64,000 bases of DNA, from contig CACKSN010000001.1 of assembly GCA_902602845.1 (NCBI GenBank), forward strand, positions 24,622 through 88,621, read 5' to 3'. Numbering within the stretch: position 1 is the first letter of the stretch; every line of letters begins with the position of its first letter. A program made the position numbers and the translations under genes. This document shows, in pieces, positions 19,992 to 27,768 of the stretch. The notes under the pieces are model-generated. The model did no database searches. It had not been told where the DNA came from and saw nothing but the letters and a program-made list of their open reading frames with translations. The DNA comes from an uncultured Alphaproteobacteria bacterium. Its GTDB lineage: Bacteria > Pseudomonadota > Alphaproteobacteria > HIMB59 > GCA-002718135.

Positions 19992-20598
19992 TTGATACTT
20001 TAATTAATTTATTAAAATCGTATGTTGGATTTTTCATTCCAAGTCTTTGATGAAATAGTTCTTTATCTAACCTTATAGAAATTTGTCTTAAAAGTTCAGC
20101 ATCAGTATGTGATCTATGATATGAACCATTAACTTCTATACCAAAATGTTCAGCTGCAAATTTTAAGCTTTTCCAATTGTAATCTTCGTAAAAAGGATTG
20201 TAATCTTGATAATAATCTGCAAATCTTTTCATTTCACAGTTAGTAGAAAAGGCTGAGTCTAGCCTGTCTGAAAAAAAATCTTTTTCAAATTCTAAATTCC
20301 AGGCAACTACAATGTAAGATGGAAATAAATTTGAAAGAATTCTTTCCATTTCAAACCAATTCAATTTCCCACTGTTAAGTAAAATGTTATCTGTCAATCC
20401 AACATGAGCTTTTTGATTTAATTTATTGAAAAACTCATCATGTGGTTTAATGATTTGATCACAAATTACCTCACCACTGTATTTTATTAAAGTTACCTCA
20501 ACTGGTGTTTTATCAATGGTTGATTCAATATCTAAATAAAGTCTATTTTGAATTCTGTTTATTGGAATATAATTTTTCTGACTCTTAGTGAATTGCAT
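19969..20598 (-). CDS. DnaQ-like DEDDh 3'-5' exonuclease
   Basis: 209 aa. ExoI LDIEST, ExoII AWNLEFEKDFF (Glu at the usual third Asp position) and ExoIII YHRSHTDAELL. Confidence 0.72.
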   Translation of the reverse strand: MQFTKSQKNYIPINRIQNRLYLDIESTIDKTPVEVTLIKYSGEVICDQIIKPHDEFFNKLNQKAHVGLTDNILLNSGKLNWFEMERILSNLFPSYIVVAWNLEFEKDFFSDRLDSAFSTNCEMKRFADYYQDYNPFYEDYNWKSLKFAAEHFGIEVNGSYHRSHTDAELLRQISIRLDKELFHQRLGMKNPTYDFNKLIKVSSENKING

Positions 20599-20830
20599 CT
20601 GATTCCTCAGAAAGATCTAGAAAATGTTTTACAGCTGCGATTGCATCTGGCCAATTATTAATTTTTAATTTTACTTTTGTAATATCTTCGACAAATTCAG
20701 AGGGATAAAAACCTTTTTCTTTATAAATACAGTGTAACTCATATGCCATGTGGTAGGAATAACTGTGAGCATTTAAACTTTCAAAATGCTCATTTATTGT
20801 ATCTTCAATTTTTTTTTCTAAAGAATCCAT
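20585..20830 (-). CDS. hypothetical protein (81 aa)
   Basis: First ORF behind the promoter at 20859-20886. Overlaps the next gene by 14 nt. No recognisable family, acidic C-terminus. Confidence 0.55.
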   Translation of the reverse strand: MDSLEKKIEDTINEHFESLNAHSYSYHMAYELHCIYKEKGFYPSEFVEDITKVKLKINNWPDAIAAVKHFLDLSEESDAIH

Positions 20831-20858
20831 ATTTATTTTTTAATATTTTCCTATATTT

Positions 20859-20886
20859 TATATAACATGTTTGTTGCATTTGTCAA
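20859..20886 (-). promoter_or_regulatory. near-consensus sigma70 promoter (TTGACA-16 nt-TGtTATATA)
   Basis: The minus strand reads TTGACA (20886-20881), the 16-nt spacer aatgcaacaaacatgt, and TATATA (20864-20859) preceded by TGt (extended -10). It lies 28 nt upstream of the ATG at 20830. Confidence 0.55.
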
Positions 20887-20971
20887 GGCGTATTTAGTAT
20901 TCAATATGCATAGTGTATTAAAATAATAAAAAAAGCTATAAAAATTAATAAATAAGGTAATTTATAGAATT

Positions 20972-21151
20972 TTAATTATCTCTTTTAGACCAATAAAAAT
21001 GGTAAAAAAGAGTAGCTGCGATAGCAACAAAAAGTGAGATAAAGGCTACGTAGATTATAGTTGCGATTGCCCAGTAAGCTACGGCTATTAAAAGACCAAT
21101 GGCTGTAATTCCAGCCCAAAAATAGATAAGTCTCTCTAAAAATAATTGCAT
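20972..21151 (-). CDS. small two-TM membrane protein (59 aa), not in ORF track
   Basis: Hand translation gives MQLFLERLIYFWAGITAIGLLIAVAYWAIATIIYVAFISLFVAIAATLFYHFYWSKRDN. Starts 18 nt after the ribokinase stop. Locally higher GC than the flanking spacer. Confidence 0.5.
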   Translation of the reverse strand: MQLFLERLIYFWAGITAIGLLIAVAYWAIATIIYVAFISLFVAIAATLFYHFYWSKRDN

Positions 21152-21169
21152 AAAATCATTATACAGTAT

Positions 21170-22084
21170 TTAGAGAAGTTTTTCAATTTCCTCTCGAGAA
21201 GGCATGGAATTAGCTGTGCCAATTCGTGTTGTAGAAATACCAGCAAAAGCATTAGCAAATTTAATTGCATCAGTAATTGATTTTTCTTCACAAAGAGCAG
21301 TTGCAAAGGCTCCAGAAAAAGCATCCCCAGCACCAGAAGTATCAATAACTTTAGATCCAAGATCCAAAGCTGATTCAAAATGTTTTTCCTTGTCATTTTG
21401 AAAGTACACTCCCTGATCTCCAAGAGTAACTAATAAATTTTTAACACCAAGATTAAGGAATTCTTGTCCGTATTGTTCCGCATCATCTTTATTTTCAATA
21501 TCTCCTGAAACATAAAAACTAGCCTCTGACTCATTTGGTGTAAAATAATCGATTAATGGAAATACAGATGGATCAAGTTTGGCAGCTGGAGCAGGATTAA
21601 GTATTGTTGTTACATTATTTTCCTTTGCAATTTTTAATGCATGAATGACAACATCCATTGGGGCTTCTAACTGTGTTAAAAAAATAGATGAATTTGTAAT
21701 AACTTCTTTGGCATTATCTATATCCTCAATTGTTAACGCACCTGCAGCACCTGGCACAACTGAAATAGCATTCTCTCCTGTATCCTTGTTAAGTAAAATT
21801 GCAGCAACACCTGTGTTGTGTTCTTTACTTACATAAACAAAATCTGACCCAACATTTGTTTCTTTATAAATACGAAAAGCCATCTTACCATAATCATCAT
21901 CACCAACTTTTGTTATAAAATCAATGGATGCACCTGCTTTACCTGCAGCAACAGATTGATTAGACCCTTTGCCTCCAGGACCAACAACAAAATCTTGACC
22001 TAAAATTGTCTCTCCAACTTTAGGTATTTTTCCAAAAAACGCTAAGTCAGCAACAAATATCCCTAGTATTGATAATTTATTCAT
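21170..22084 (-). CDS. rbsK: ribokinase (PfkB family)
   Basis: 304 aa. GGKGSNQSVAAGKAG and DTSGAGDAFSGAF motifs. Substrate (ribose versus deoxyribose or other) is not determinable from sequence. Confidence 0.82.
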   Translation of the reverse strand: MNKLSILGIFVADLAFFGKIPKVGETILGQDFVVGPGGKGSNQSVAAGKAGASIDFITKVGDDDYGKMAFRIYKETNVGSDFVYVSKEHNTGVAAILLNKDTGENAISVVPGAAGALTIEDIDNAKEVITNSSIFLTQLEAPMDVVIHALKIAKENNVTTILNPAPAAKLDPSVFPLIDYFTPNESEASFYVSGDIENKDDAEQYGQEFLNLGVKNLLVTLGDQGVYFQNDKEKHFESALDLGSKVIDTSGAGDAFSGAFATALCEEKSITDAIKFANAFAGISTTRIGTANSMPSREEIEKLL

Positions 22085-22127
22085 TAAAACTATCCTAATA
22101 TAAATATTTTATTGGTAAACCTAATTC

Positions 22128-22979
22128 TCATTGAGACGATATAAATTCTGATGTTTTCTTGTTAGCAGTTTTAATTGAGTCTTCAAAATCATTAGTTTCA
22201 ATAAAATTAGAAATAAACTTTCCAGCAAAATAATCACCGGCTCCATGCGCACTTTTTACATCTACAGAATACGCATTAATATGATCAACTTTTTTATTTT
22301 TTTCAAAGTAAACAACACCTTTGTCACCTAAGGTTATAATTATTTTAGATACATAATTCGATAATTCTTCTGCTAGTCTTTTAAAATCTGTGCTTTTTGT
22401 ATCTAAAAGTTGTTGGGACTCAATTTCATTAACAAGTAATATATCAACTAGATCGAACAGCTCATCATTGATTTTTTTAGCAGGTGCAGCGTTTAAGAAA
22501 ACTCTTATATTTCTTTTTTTTGCTTCTATAGCAGCTTTAATATTTATCTTTTCTTTAATTTCATTTTGAATCATCAAAAATGAACAATTTTTCCATAGAT
22601 TATCATCACTTAATATTTTTTCAGAAATTTCTAAGTTTGCTCCTGAAATCACTACCGCGCTATAATTGCCACTGTTATTAGAAATAGCTACACTCATTCC
22701 AGATGTACCATTATTTTTTAATAAAAATTTATCTGAAATATTATTTTTACTTAATTGATTAATTAAATAATTAGCAAAATCATCATTACCAACAGCACTA
22801 ACAAAATTTACATTGATGTTTTCTTTAACAAGAGCAACAGCCTGATTTGCACCCTTGCCTCCCAGTTTAGGATACCATTTTTTGCCAAGAACAGTCTCTC
22901 CTACTTCTGGAATTTTATCTGACTCTATGAAAATATCGTAGTGCAAACTACCTAAGACAACAATGTTCTTTGAAGACAT
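22128..22979 (-). CDS. PfkB family carbohydrate kinase (ribokinase paralog)
   Basis: 283 aa. GGKGANQAVA and a variant C-terminal motif SAHGAGDYFAGKF. Confidence 0.82.
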   Translation of the reverse strand: MSSKNIVVLGSLHYDIFIESDKIPEVGETVLGKKWYPKLGGKGANQAVALVKENINVNFVSAVGNDDFANYLINQLSKNNISDKFLLKNNGTSGMSVAISNNSGNYSAVVISGANLEISEKILSDDNLWKNCSFLMIQNEIKEKINIKAAIEAKKRNIRVFLNAAPAKKINDELFDLVDILLVNEIESQQLLDTKSTDFKRLAEELSNYVSKIIITLGDKGVVYFEKNKKVDHINAYSVDVKSAHGAGDYFAGKFISNFIETNDFEDSIKTANKKTSEFISSQ

Positions 22980-23945
22980 TTATGGATATAAAATACTATT
23001 AAATATTCTGTGAGAGGTAATAGAGTCTTGATTTTCGATAGCTGTAGTTAATTCATTATTCAATAAAAGTTTATCTACTAATTTTAATTGTTTTTTTACA
23101 GTTTCAATATTTAATTCACATTCTTTTACTGGATCCATATTTGTTGTATCTGGAAAAGTATCAAAGTAAATCGGTCCATCATAATTTGTTTTTGCAACAT
23201 AATAGAGTAATTCAATTGTGGCTAATTGATGAACAGAACCTACCATTAAACCATCATCTCTTTTTCCATAACCATCATTTAAATGTAAACCTAAAATCTT
23301 TGAGTGTTTGTCAATTAATGCTGCAACTAATGCTGGTTGCTCATTAGAATATAAAATATGAGCAAAATCTATAGTAACTCCAATATTATCTAAATTTATT
23401 TCTTTGATTGCTAGTAATGTAGTTCCTAAATTAGATAGTAATGAATAAGCTCGTGGTTCATTAGGCTTATATTCAATACTTACAAAACAATCTTTATCAT
23501 ATTCTGCAATTTCTTTTATGGCTTGAATTTCATCATGCCAGATTTTTTTATAATCAACTTGAAATCCATAATCAAAACCATCCTGACCTAGCCAAACAGT
23601 TAATAAATTTGAATCAATTTCTCTTAAACCATCTATTGCCTTTTTAGTTAAATCAATGGCTTCTTGGCGTACCTGTTTATCTGGGTTTGTAAATGCGCCT
23701 AGTTTAAAAGATGGATTTGTGTAATATCGCATAGCAAGGCCATTTATTTTTAATCCAGATTCTGTAGCGTATTTAGCAATCTCTTTTAAAGAAGGATCTG
23801 CATGATCAGGATAATTTAAATCAACATGTGTCAATCCTTTCACGGAGGATGCTCTCTTTATAATATCCATGACAGATGGCTTGGTCATTTGAAGCCAATT
23901 TGATTTAAATGAATTAAGTCTTGTTGCAAATTTATGTTCAAGCAT
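22980..23945 (-). CDS. xylose isomerase-like TIM-barrel sugar isomerase/epimerase
   Basis: 321 aa. The IEYKPNEPR block parallels the xylose isomerase EPKPNEP motif. DFAH and HLND metal-ligand-like motifs. Confidence 0.82.
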   Translation of the reverse strand: MLEHKFATRLNSFKSNWLQMTKPSVMDIIKRASSVKGLTHVDLNYPDHADPSLKEIAKYATESGLKINGLAMRYYTNPSFKLGAFTNPDKQVRQEAIDLTKKAIDGLREIDSNLLTVWLGQDGFDYGFQVDYKKIWHDEIQAIKEIAEYDKDCFVSIEYKPNEPRAYSLLSNLGTTLLAIKEINLDNIGVTIDFAHILYSNEQPALVAALIDKHSKILGLHLNDGYGKRDDGLMVGSVHQLATIELLYYVAKTNYDGPIYFDTFPDTTNMDPVKECELNIETVKKQLKLVDKLLLNNELTTAIENQDSITSHRIFNSILYP

Positions 23946-24043
23946 ACGTTTTATTAATAAATTAGTAGTCTTTTTAACGTTTTTCTTGTTGCCTTACTAA
24001 TCTTATATTTATAAACTTAAACTATAATTTATCGGGAGGATAT

Positions 24044-25711
24044 ATGAAAAAATCACTTTATGAATATGCTTTAAAGCATGGCATGAATAGACGTAGCTTT
24101 GTAAAAGGTGCTGCATCTGCTGGTGCTATTGCTGCAATGAGTGGTGGATTATCATCTGTGGCGACAAGTGCATTTGCAGATGGTCATTCAGAACTTCGAA
24201 AAGCTATTCTTCAAATTCCTGGAGTTGGTGCAGGTTCACCAGGTGATGCTGATTGGCAAAAAGTTGGTGAAATGTGTCTTGGACCAACAAAAGAGAGAGT
24301 TAAAGAAGGTGAATTCAAGGGAGTTGAATTAAACTTTTTAGGTTTAGACAGTTTAAACCTACATAATATGCTTCATAGAGGTTTTTTGAAACCTTGGGAG
24401 AAGTACACGGGTGCTAAAATAAATTGGATTGACTTAGCTCAAGCTGATTATAATGCAAGACTTCAACAGTCAATTGCAACAGGTACAGTAGATTTTGATA
24501 TTGTACAGTCTGGAGCTCCGTATGAAGGAGATCTTTGTGGTAAAAAATTACTTTCAGAGATGCCAGGTTGGGTTGCAGATCAAATTGACTTAGCCGATTA
24601 TGTTGGTTACTTACAAGCTCCAGTTGGAACTTGGGAAGGCAAAACTTACAGAATCTCAATAGATGGTGACTGTCATAATTTTAATTACAGAACTGACTAT
24701 TTTGAAAATGAAGATTTAGCTAAAGCTTGGAAAGATGAAGGTCACGAAGGTAATTGGGAAGTTCCAACTACTTGGCAGAAAGTAACAGAAGTTTCTAAAT
24801 TCCTAAGAGGAAAGAAACATGCAGGCTTCCCTGCTTATGGCTACTTAGACGTACAAAAAGGTTGGGGTGGATTTGCTTTCTACTATCTAGGTAGTATTGC
24901 TACTGCTTATGGAAAGCATCCTAGCAGTCCTGCATTTTTATTTGAACCAGATACAATGAAACCAATGGTTAATAATCCAGCATGGGTTAGAGCCATTCAA
25001 GATGTTCTAGATAGAAGAGACTGTCAGCCACCTGATCAAATAAACGCTGATCCTGGTGTTACTGGTTTTAGTCAATTCTTAGCTGGCACAGGTTCAATGT
25101 GTGCTTGGTGGGGAGATGTAGGATCAAATGCAAATACATCAGATGAATCCCTAATTCAAGGAAACGTTGGATTTGATATTTTACCTGGTTCAGACGACGT
25201 ATATAACTGGCAGACAGGTAAATGGGAGACTTTATCAAGTGGACCTAATTATGCGCCAAACATGGCTTATATTGGTTGGGGACTTTACTGTATGAAAACT
25301 GTTGATGAGGATTCATCAAAAAATAAAGCTGCATGGTCAGCATGTTCTCATATTGGTGGTAAAGATCTTTCATTATGGATGTCTATGTATCCTTCAGGTT
25401 TCCAGCCATATAGAAATAGTCACTTCAATATTGATGAATGGACTGGTGCTGGTTATACAGAAGCGTTTGCATCTGATTATCTTGCTTCTGAAGCTGATTC
25501 ATATAACCATCCAAACGCTGCTATTGAGCCACGTATTCCTGGTATCTTCCAATACTACAGTATTGCAGAAGATGAATTGTCAAAAATTTATGCAGGTCAA
25601 TACGATGCTCAAACAGGTGCGGATAATATTGCCGCAGCTTGGGATAAAATTACAGACCAAATTGGTAGAGAGAACCAAATTAAGCTTTATAAAGCTTCTT
25701 TGGGTATGTAA
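24044..25711 (+). CDS. ABC transporter substrate-binding protein (family 1, sugar type) with Tat signal
   Basis: 555 aa. Twin-arginine signal MNRRSFVKGAASAGAIAAMSG...AFA/DG. Strong SD GGGAGGA at 24034-24040. Biased codon use suggests high expression. Confidence 0.88.
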   Translation: MKKSLYEYALKHGMNRRSFVKGAASAGAIAAMSGGLSSVATSAFADGHSELRKAILQIPGVGAGSPGDADWQKVGEMCLGPTKERVKEGEFKGVELNFLGLDSLNLHNMLHRGFLKPWEKYTGAKINWIDLAQADYNARLQQSIATGTVDFDIVQSGAPYEGDLCGKKLLSEMPGWVADQIDLADYVGYLQAPVGTWEGKTYRISIDGDCHNFNYRTDYFENEDLAKAWKDEGHEGNWEVPTTWQKVTEVSKFLRGKKHAGFPAYGYLDVQKGWGGFAFYYLGSIATAYGKHPSSPAFLFEPDTMKPMVNNPAWVRAIQDVLDRRDCQPPDQINADPGVTGFSQFLAGTGSMCAWWGDVGSNANTSDESLIQGNVGFDILPGSDDVYNWQTGKWETLSSGPNYAPNMAYIGWGLYCMKTVDEDSSKNKAAWSACSHIGGKDLSLWMSMYPSGFQPYRNSHFNIDEWTGAGYTEAFASDYLASEADSYNHPNAAIEPRIPGIFQYYSIAEDELSKIYAGQYDAQTGADNIAAAWDKITDQIGRENQIKLYKASLGM

Positions 25712-25723
25712 TTAATTTTTTAT

Positions 25724-25758
25724 ACTAGCGACTATTTATTAGTCGCTAGTTTTTCTTT
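25724..25758 (+). terminator. intrinsic terminator/attenuator hairpin between SBP and permease genes
   Basis: actagcgact (25724-25733) pairs perfectly with agtcgctagt (25741-25750). The loop is 5-7 nt and the hairpin is followed by ttttcttt. Confidence 0.6.
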
Positions 25759-25774
25759 ATACTATTTCTGTATT

Positions 25775-26893
25775 ATGAGTGAAATTAAGCAAATGGAACG
25801 TGATCCATTATATGTTGTCTCACCCTCATATATTAGCCCAAAGACAAAAAGATTTGGTAAAATTTTAGTATGGTCTTCATTCTTTTTAATGTCGATTATT
25901 GGAATAATTCAAATTTTATACAACCTAGAAAAAATTAATTTTGGTTTTAATAATTGGAGACCTCTTCTTTATTCATATATTTTATGGGCTATTGCAATTG
26001 GCTATTCCAGAGTACTAATCTATGGAGAGAGAGGAAAAAGAAACCTATTTATTTTTCCTGCTGTAATGTTCATTATCTCTATAGTAATTTTTCCAATGTT
26101 ATTTGGTTTATATATATCTTTTACTGACTGGAATCTTAGCTCTTTAGATGGGCGAAAATTTAATGGTCTTGATAATTTCTATCAAATGATGTCTGATCCT
26201 TATTATTGGAATTCACTTAAGAATATGATTTACTATATACTTGCTGTATTAGTTGAATTTGCAATTGCGTTTCTATTAGCCTTATTATTAAACTCACAAA
26301 TTAAAGGTAGAAAATTTTTTAGAGTAGTTTTCTTGATACCACTTATGCTTAGCCCTGTTGCTGTAAGCTGGATGGTTGGAAAATCAATGCTAGAGCAACG
26401 TTTTGGTCCAGTTGCTAATTTCGCAAGATGGTTAGGATGGGAAACACCAACTTTTTTTAGCAGTCCTGAAATAGCACGACTTACAATGATGTGTATGGAT
26501 GCATGGACTTTTATACCCTTAATGATCATTATGTTATTAGCAGGATTACAAGCTTTGCCAAAAGAAGTTCTTGAAGCAGCAAAAGTCGACGGAGCTAACA
26601 AATGGACAATGTTTAAAAACATCATTTTTCCAATTATGTTACCAGTTTCTTTAACAACTCTAGTAATTAGAATAATATTTAAATTAAAATTAGCAGATAT
26701 AATAATTATTGTGACAGCAGGGGGTCCAGGTGGAGCTACAGACAGTGTAACAAGCTTTATTGTTAGAGAATACAGGGATAGATCAAATGTTGGATATGGT
26801 ACATTACTATCATTTGTATATTTAATCTTAATTATCATCTTCATGACAATATTAATTCGTTTTGTAAATAGATGGTTGCAAAGGGCTTCGTGA
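25775..26893 (+). CDS. carbohydrate ABC transporter permease (MalF-like)
   Basis: 372 aa. EAA loop LEAAKVDGANKWTMFKNIIFP. Multiple TM helices. Confidence 0.9.
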   Translation: MSEIKQMERDPLYVVSPSYISPKTKRFGKILVWSSFFLMSIIGIIQILYNLEKINFGFNNWRPLLYSYILWAIAIGYSRVLIYGERGKRNLFIFPAVMFIISIVIFPMLFGLYISFTDWNLSSLDGRKFNGLDNFYQMMSDPYYWNSLKNMIYYILAVLVEFAIAFLLALLLNSQIKGRKFFRVVFLIPLMLSPVAVSWMVGKSMLEQRFGPVANFARWLGWETPTFFSSPEIARLTMMCMDAWTFIPLMIIMLLAGLQALPKEVLEAAKVDGANKWTMFKNIIFPIMLPVSLTTLVIRIIFKLKLADIIIIVTAGGPGGATDSVTSFIVREYRDRSNVGYGTLLSFVYLILIIIFMTILIRFVNRWLQRAS

Positions 26894-27768
26894 TGAAAAA
26901 AGAATTTTTTGAAAAAATTTTAATTTATGGGATACTTCTTCTTTGGACTTTCATTTGTCTTTTTCCAATATACTGGACTGCAACGACATCTTTTAAAACT
27001 GCAGCAAGTGTTACTCAAGGATTATTAATACCTTGGTTAGATTTTGAACCAGCATGGAAAGGTTGGAAAAACCTAGGTCTGTCTCCAGATACAATTTTTA
27101 CTGAGTCAAATCCTAGAGAAGAATTTTTAGCGCGTTTTTTCAATACTGCTTTTATTTCTTCAACGGCATCTGCGCTTGCGGTAATAATGGGTTCTTTTGC
27201 AGCATATGGCTTAAGTAGATTTAATTATAAATTTGGTTTTATGAGAAATCCTGACATATCATTTTTCTTTTTATCTCAATTAATTTTGCCACCAGTTGTT
27301 CTCGCTCTCCCTGTACTAGTCTTATACAGAGAACTCGATTTATTAGATACCCATATTGGAATGATTTTAATATATACACTAACTGTTCTTCCAATTGTAA
27401 TTTGGATAATGAGAGATCAATTTAATGCAGTACCAATAGAACTTGAGGAGGCGGCCTTAGTAGATGGAGCAACAGTTTGGGGTGGCTTTTTCAAAATTGT
27501 TTTTCCTATAGTTTTACCAGGACTAGCTAGTGCATTTATTTTATGTCTAATATTATGTTGGAATGAATATTTTTTAGCTGCATTAATTACAAGCACAGAT
27601 GCAAAAACAATGCCTGTAATGGTGGCATCACAAATATCTTCTCAGAGTATTAAATGGTGGAATATGGCTGCAATTTCATTAGCTTTATGTTTTCCACTTA
27701 TAGTAGCAGCAATCTTCCTAGAAAGATATATTGTAAAGGGTATGGCAGCTGGAGCAATTAAAGGTTAG
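26893..27768 (+). CDS. carbohydrate ABC transporter permease (MalG-like)
   Basis: EAA loop LEEAALVDGATVWGGFFKIVFP. I prefer the ATG at 26893 (MKKEFF), which overlaps the upstream TGA as TGATG, over the track start 26872. Confidence 0.9.
   Translation: MKKEFFEKILIYGILLLWTFICLFPIYWTATTSFKTAASVTQGLLIPWLDFEPAWKGWKNLGLSPDTIFTESNPREEFLARFFNTAFISSTASALAVIMGSFAAYGLSRFNYKFGFMRNPDISFFFLSQLILPPVVLALPVLVLYRELDLLDTHIGMILIYTLTVLPIVIWIMRDQFNAVPIELEEAALVDGATVWGGFFKIVFPIVLPGLASAFILCLILCWNEYFLAALITSTDAKTMPVMVASQISSQSIKWWNMAAISLALCFPLIVAAIFLERYIVKGMAAGAIKG

Noticed and set aside
21136-21423. 95-aa minus ORF and 65-aa plus ORF overlapping the 3' part of the ribokinase gene
   Set aside because: They are alternative or antisense frames of a gene with intact PfkB motifs, and no independent support exists.
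24141-25715. Several alternative-frame ORFs within the SBP gene (24141-24332, 24414-24659, 25302-25715)
   Set aside because: All are embedded in the 555-aa SBP reading frame, which has signal peptide, SD and biased codon use. Their translations are Leu/Gln/His-rich frame-shift artefacts.
26233-26844. 203-aa minus-strand ORF inside the MalF-like permease gene
   Set aside because: It is long, but it is antisense to a permease with a clear EAA loop and TM pattern. It has no start context and no recognisable domain.
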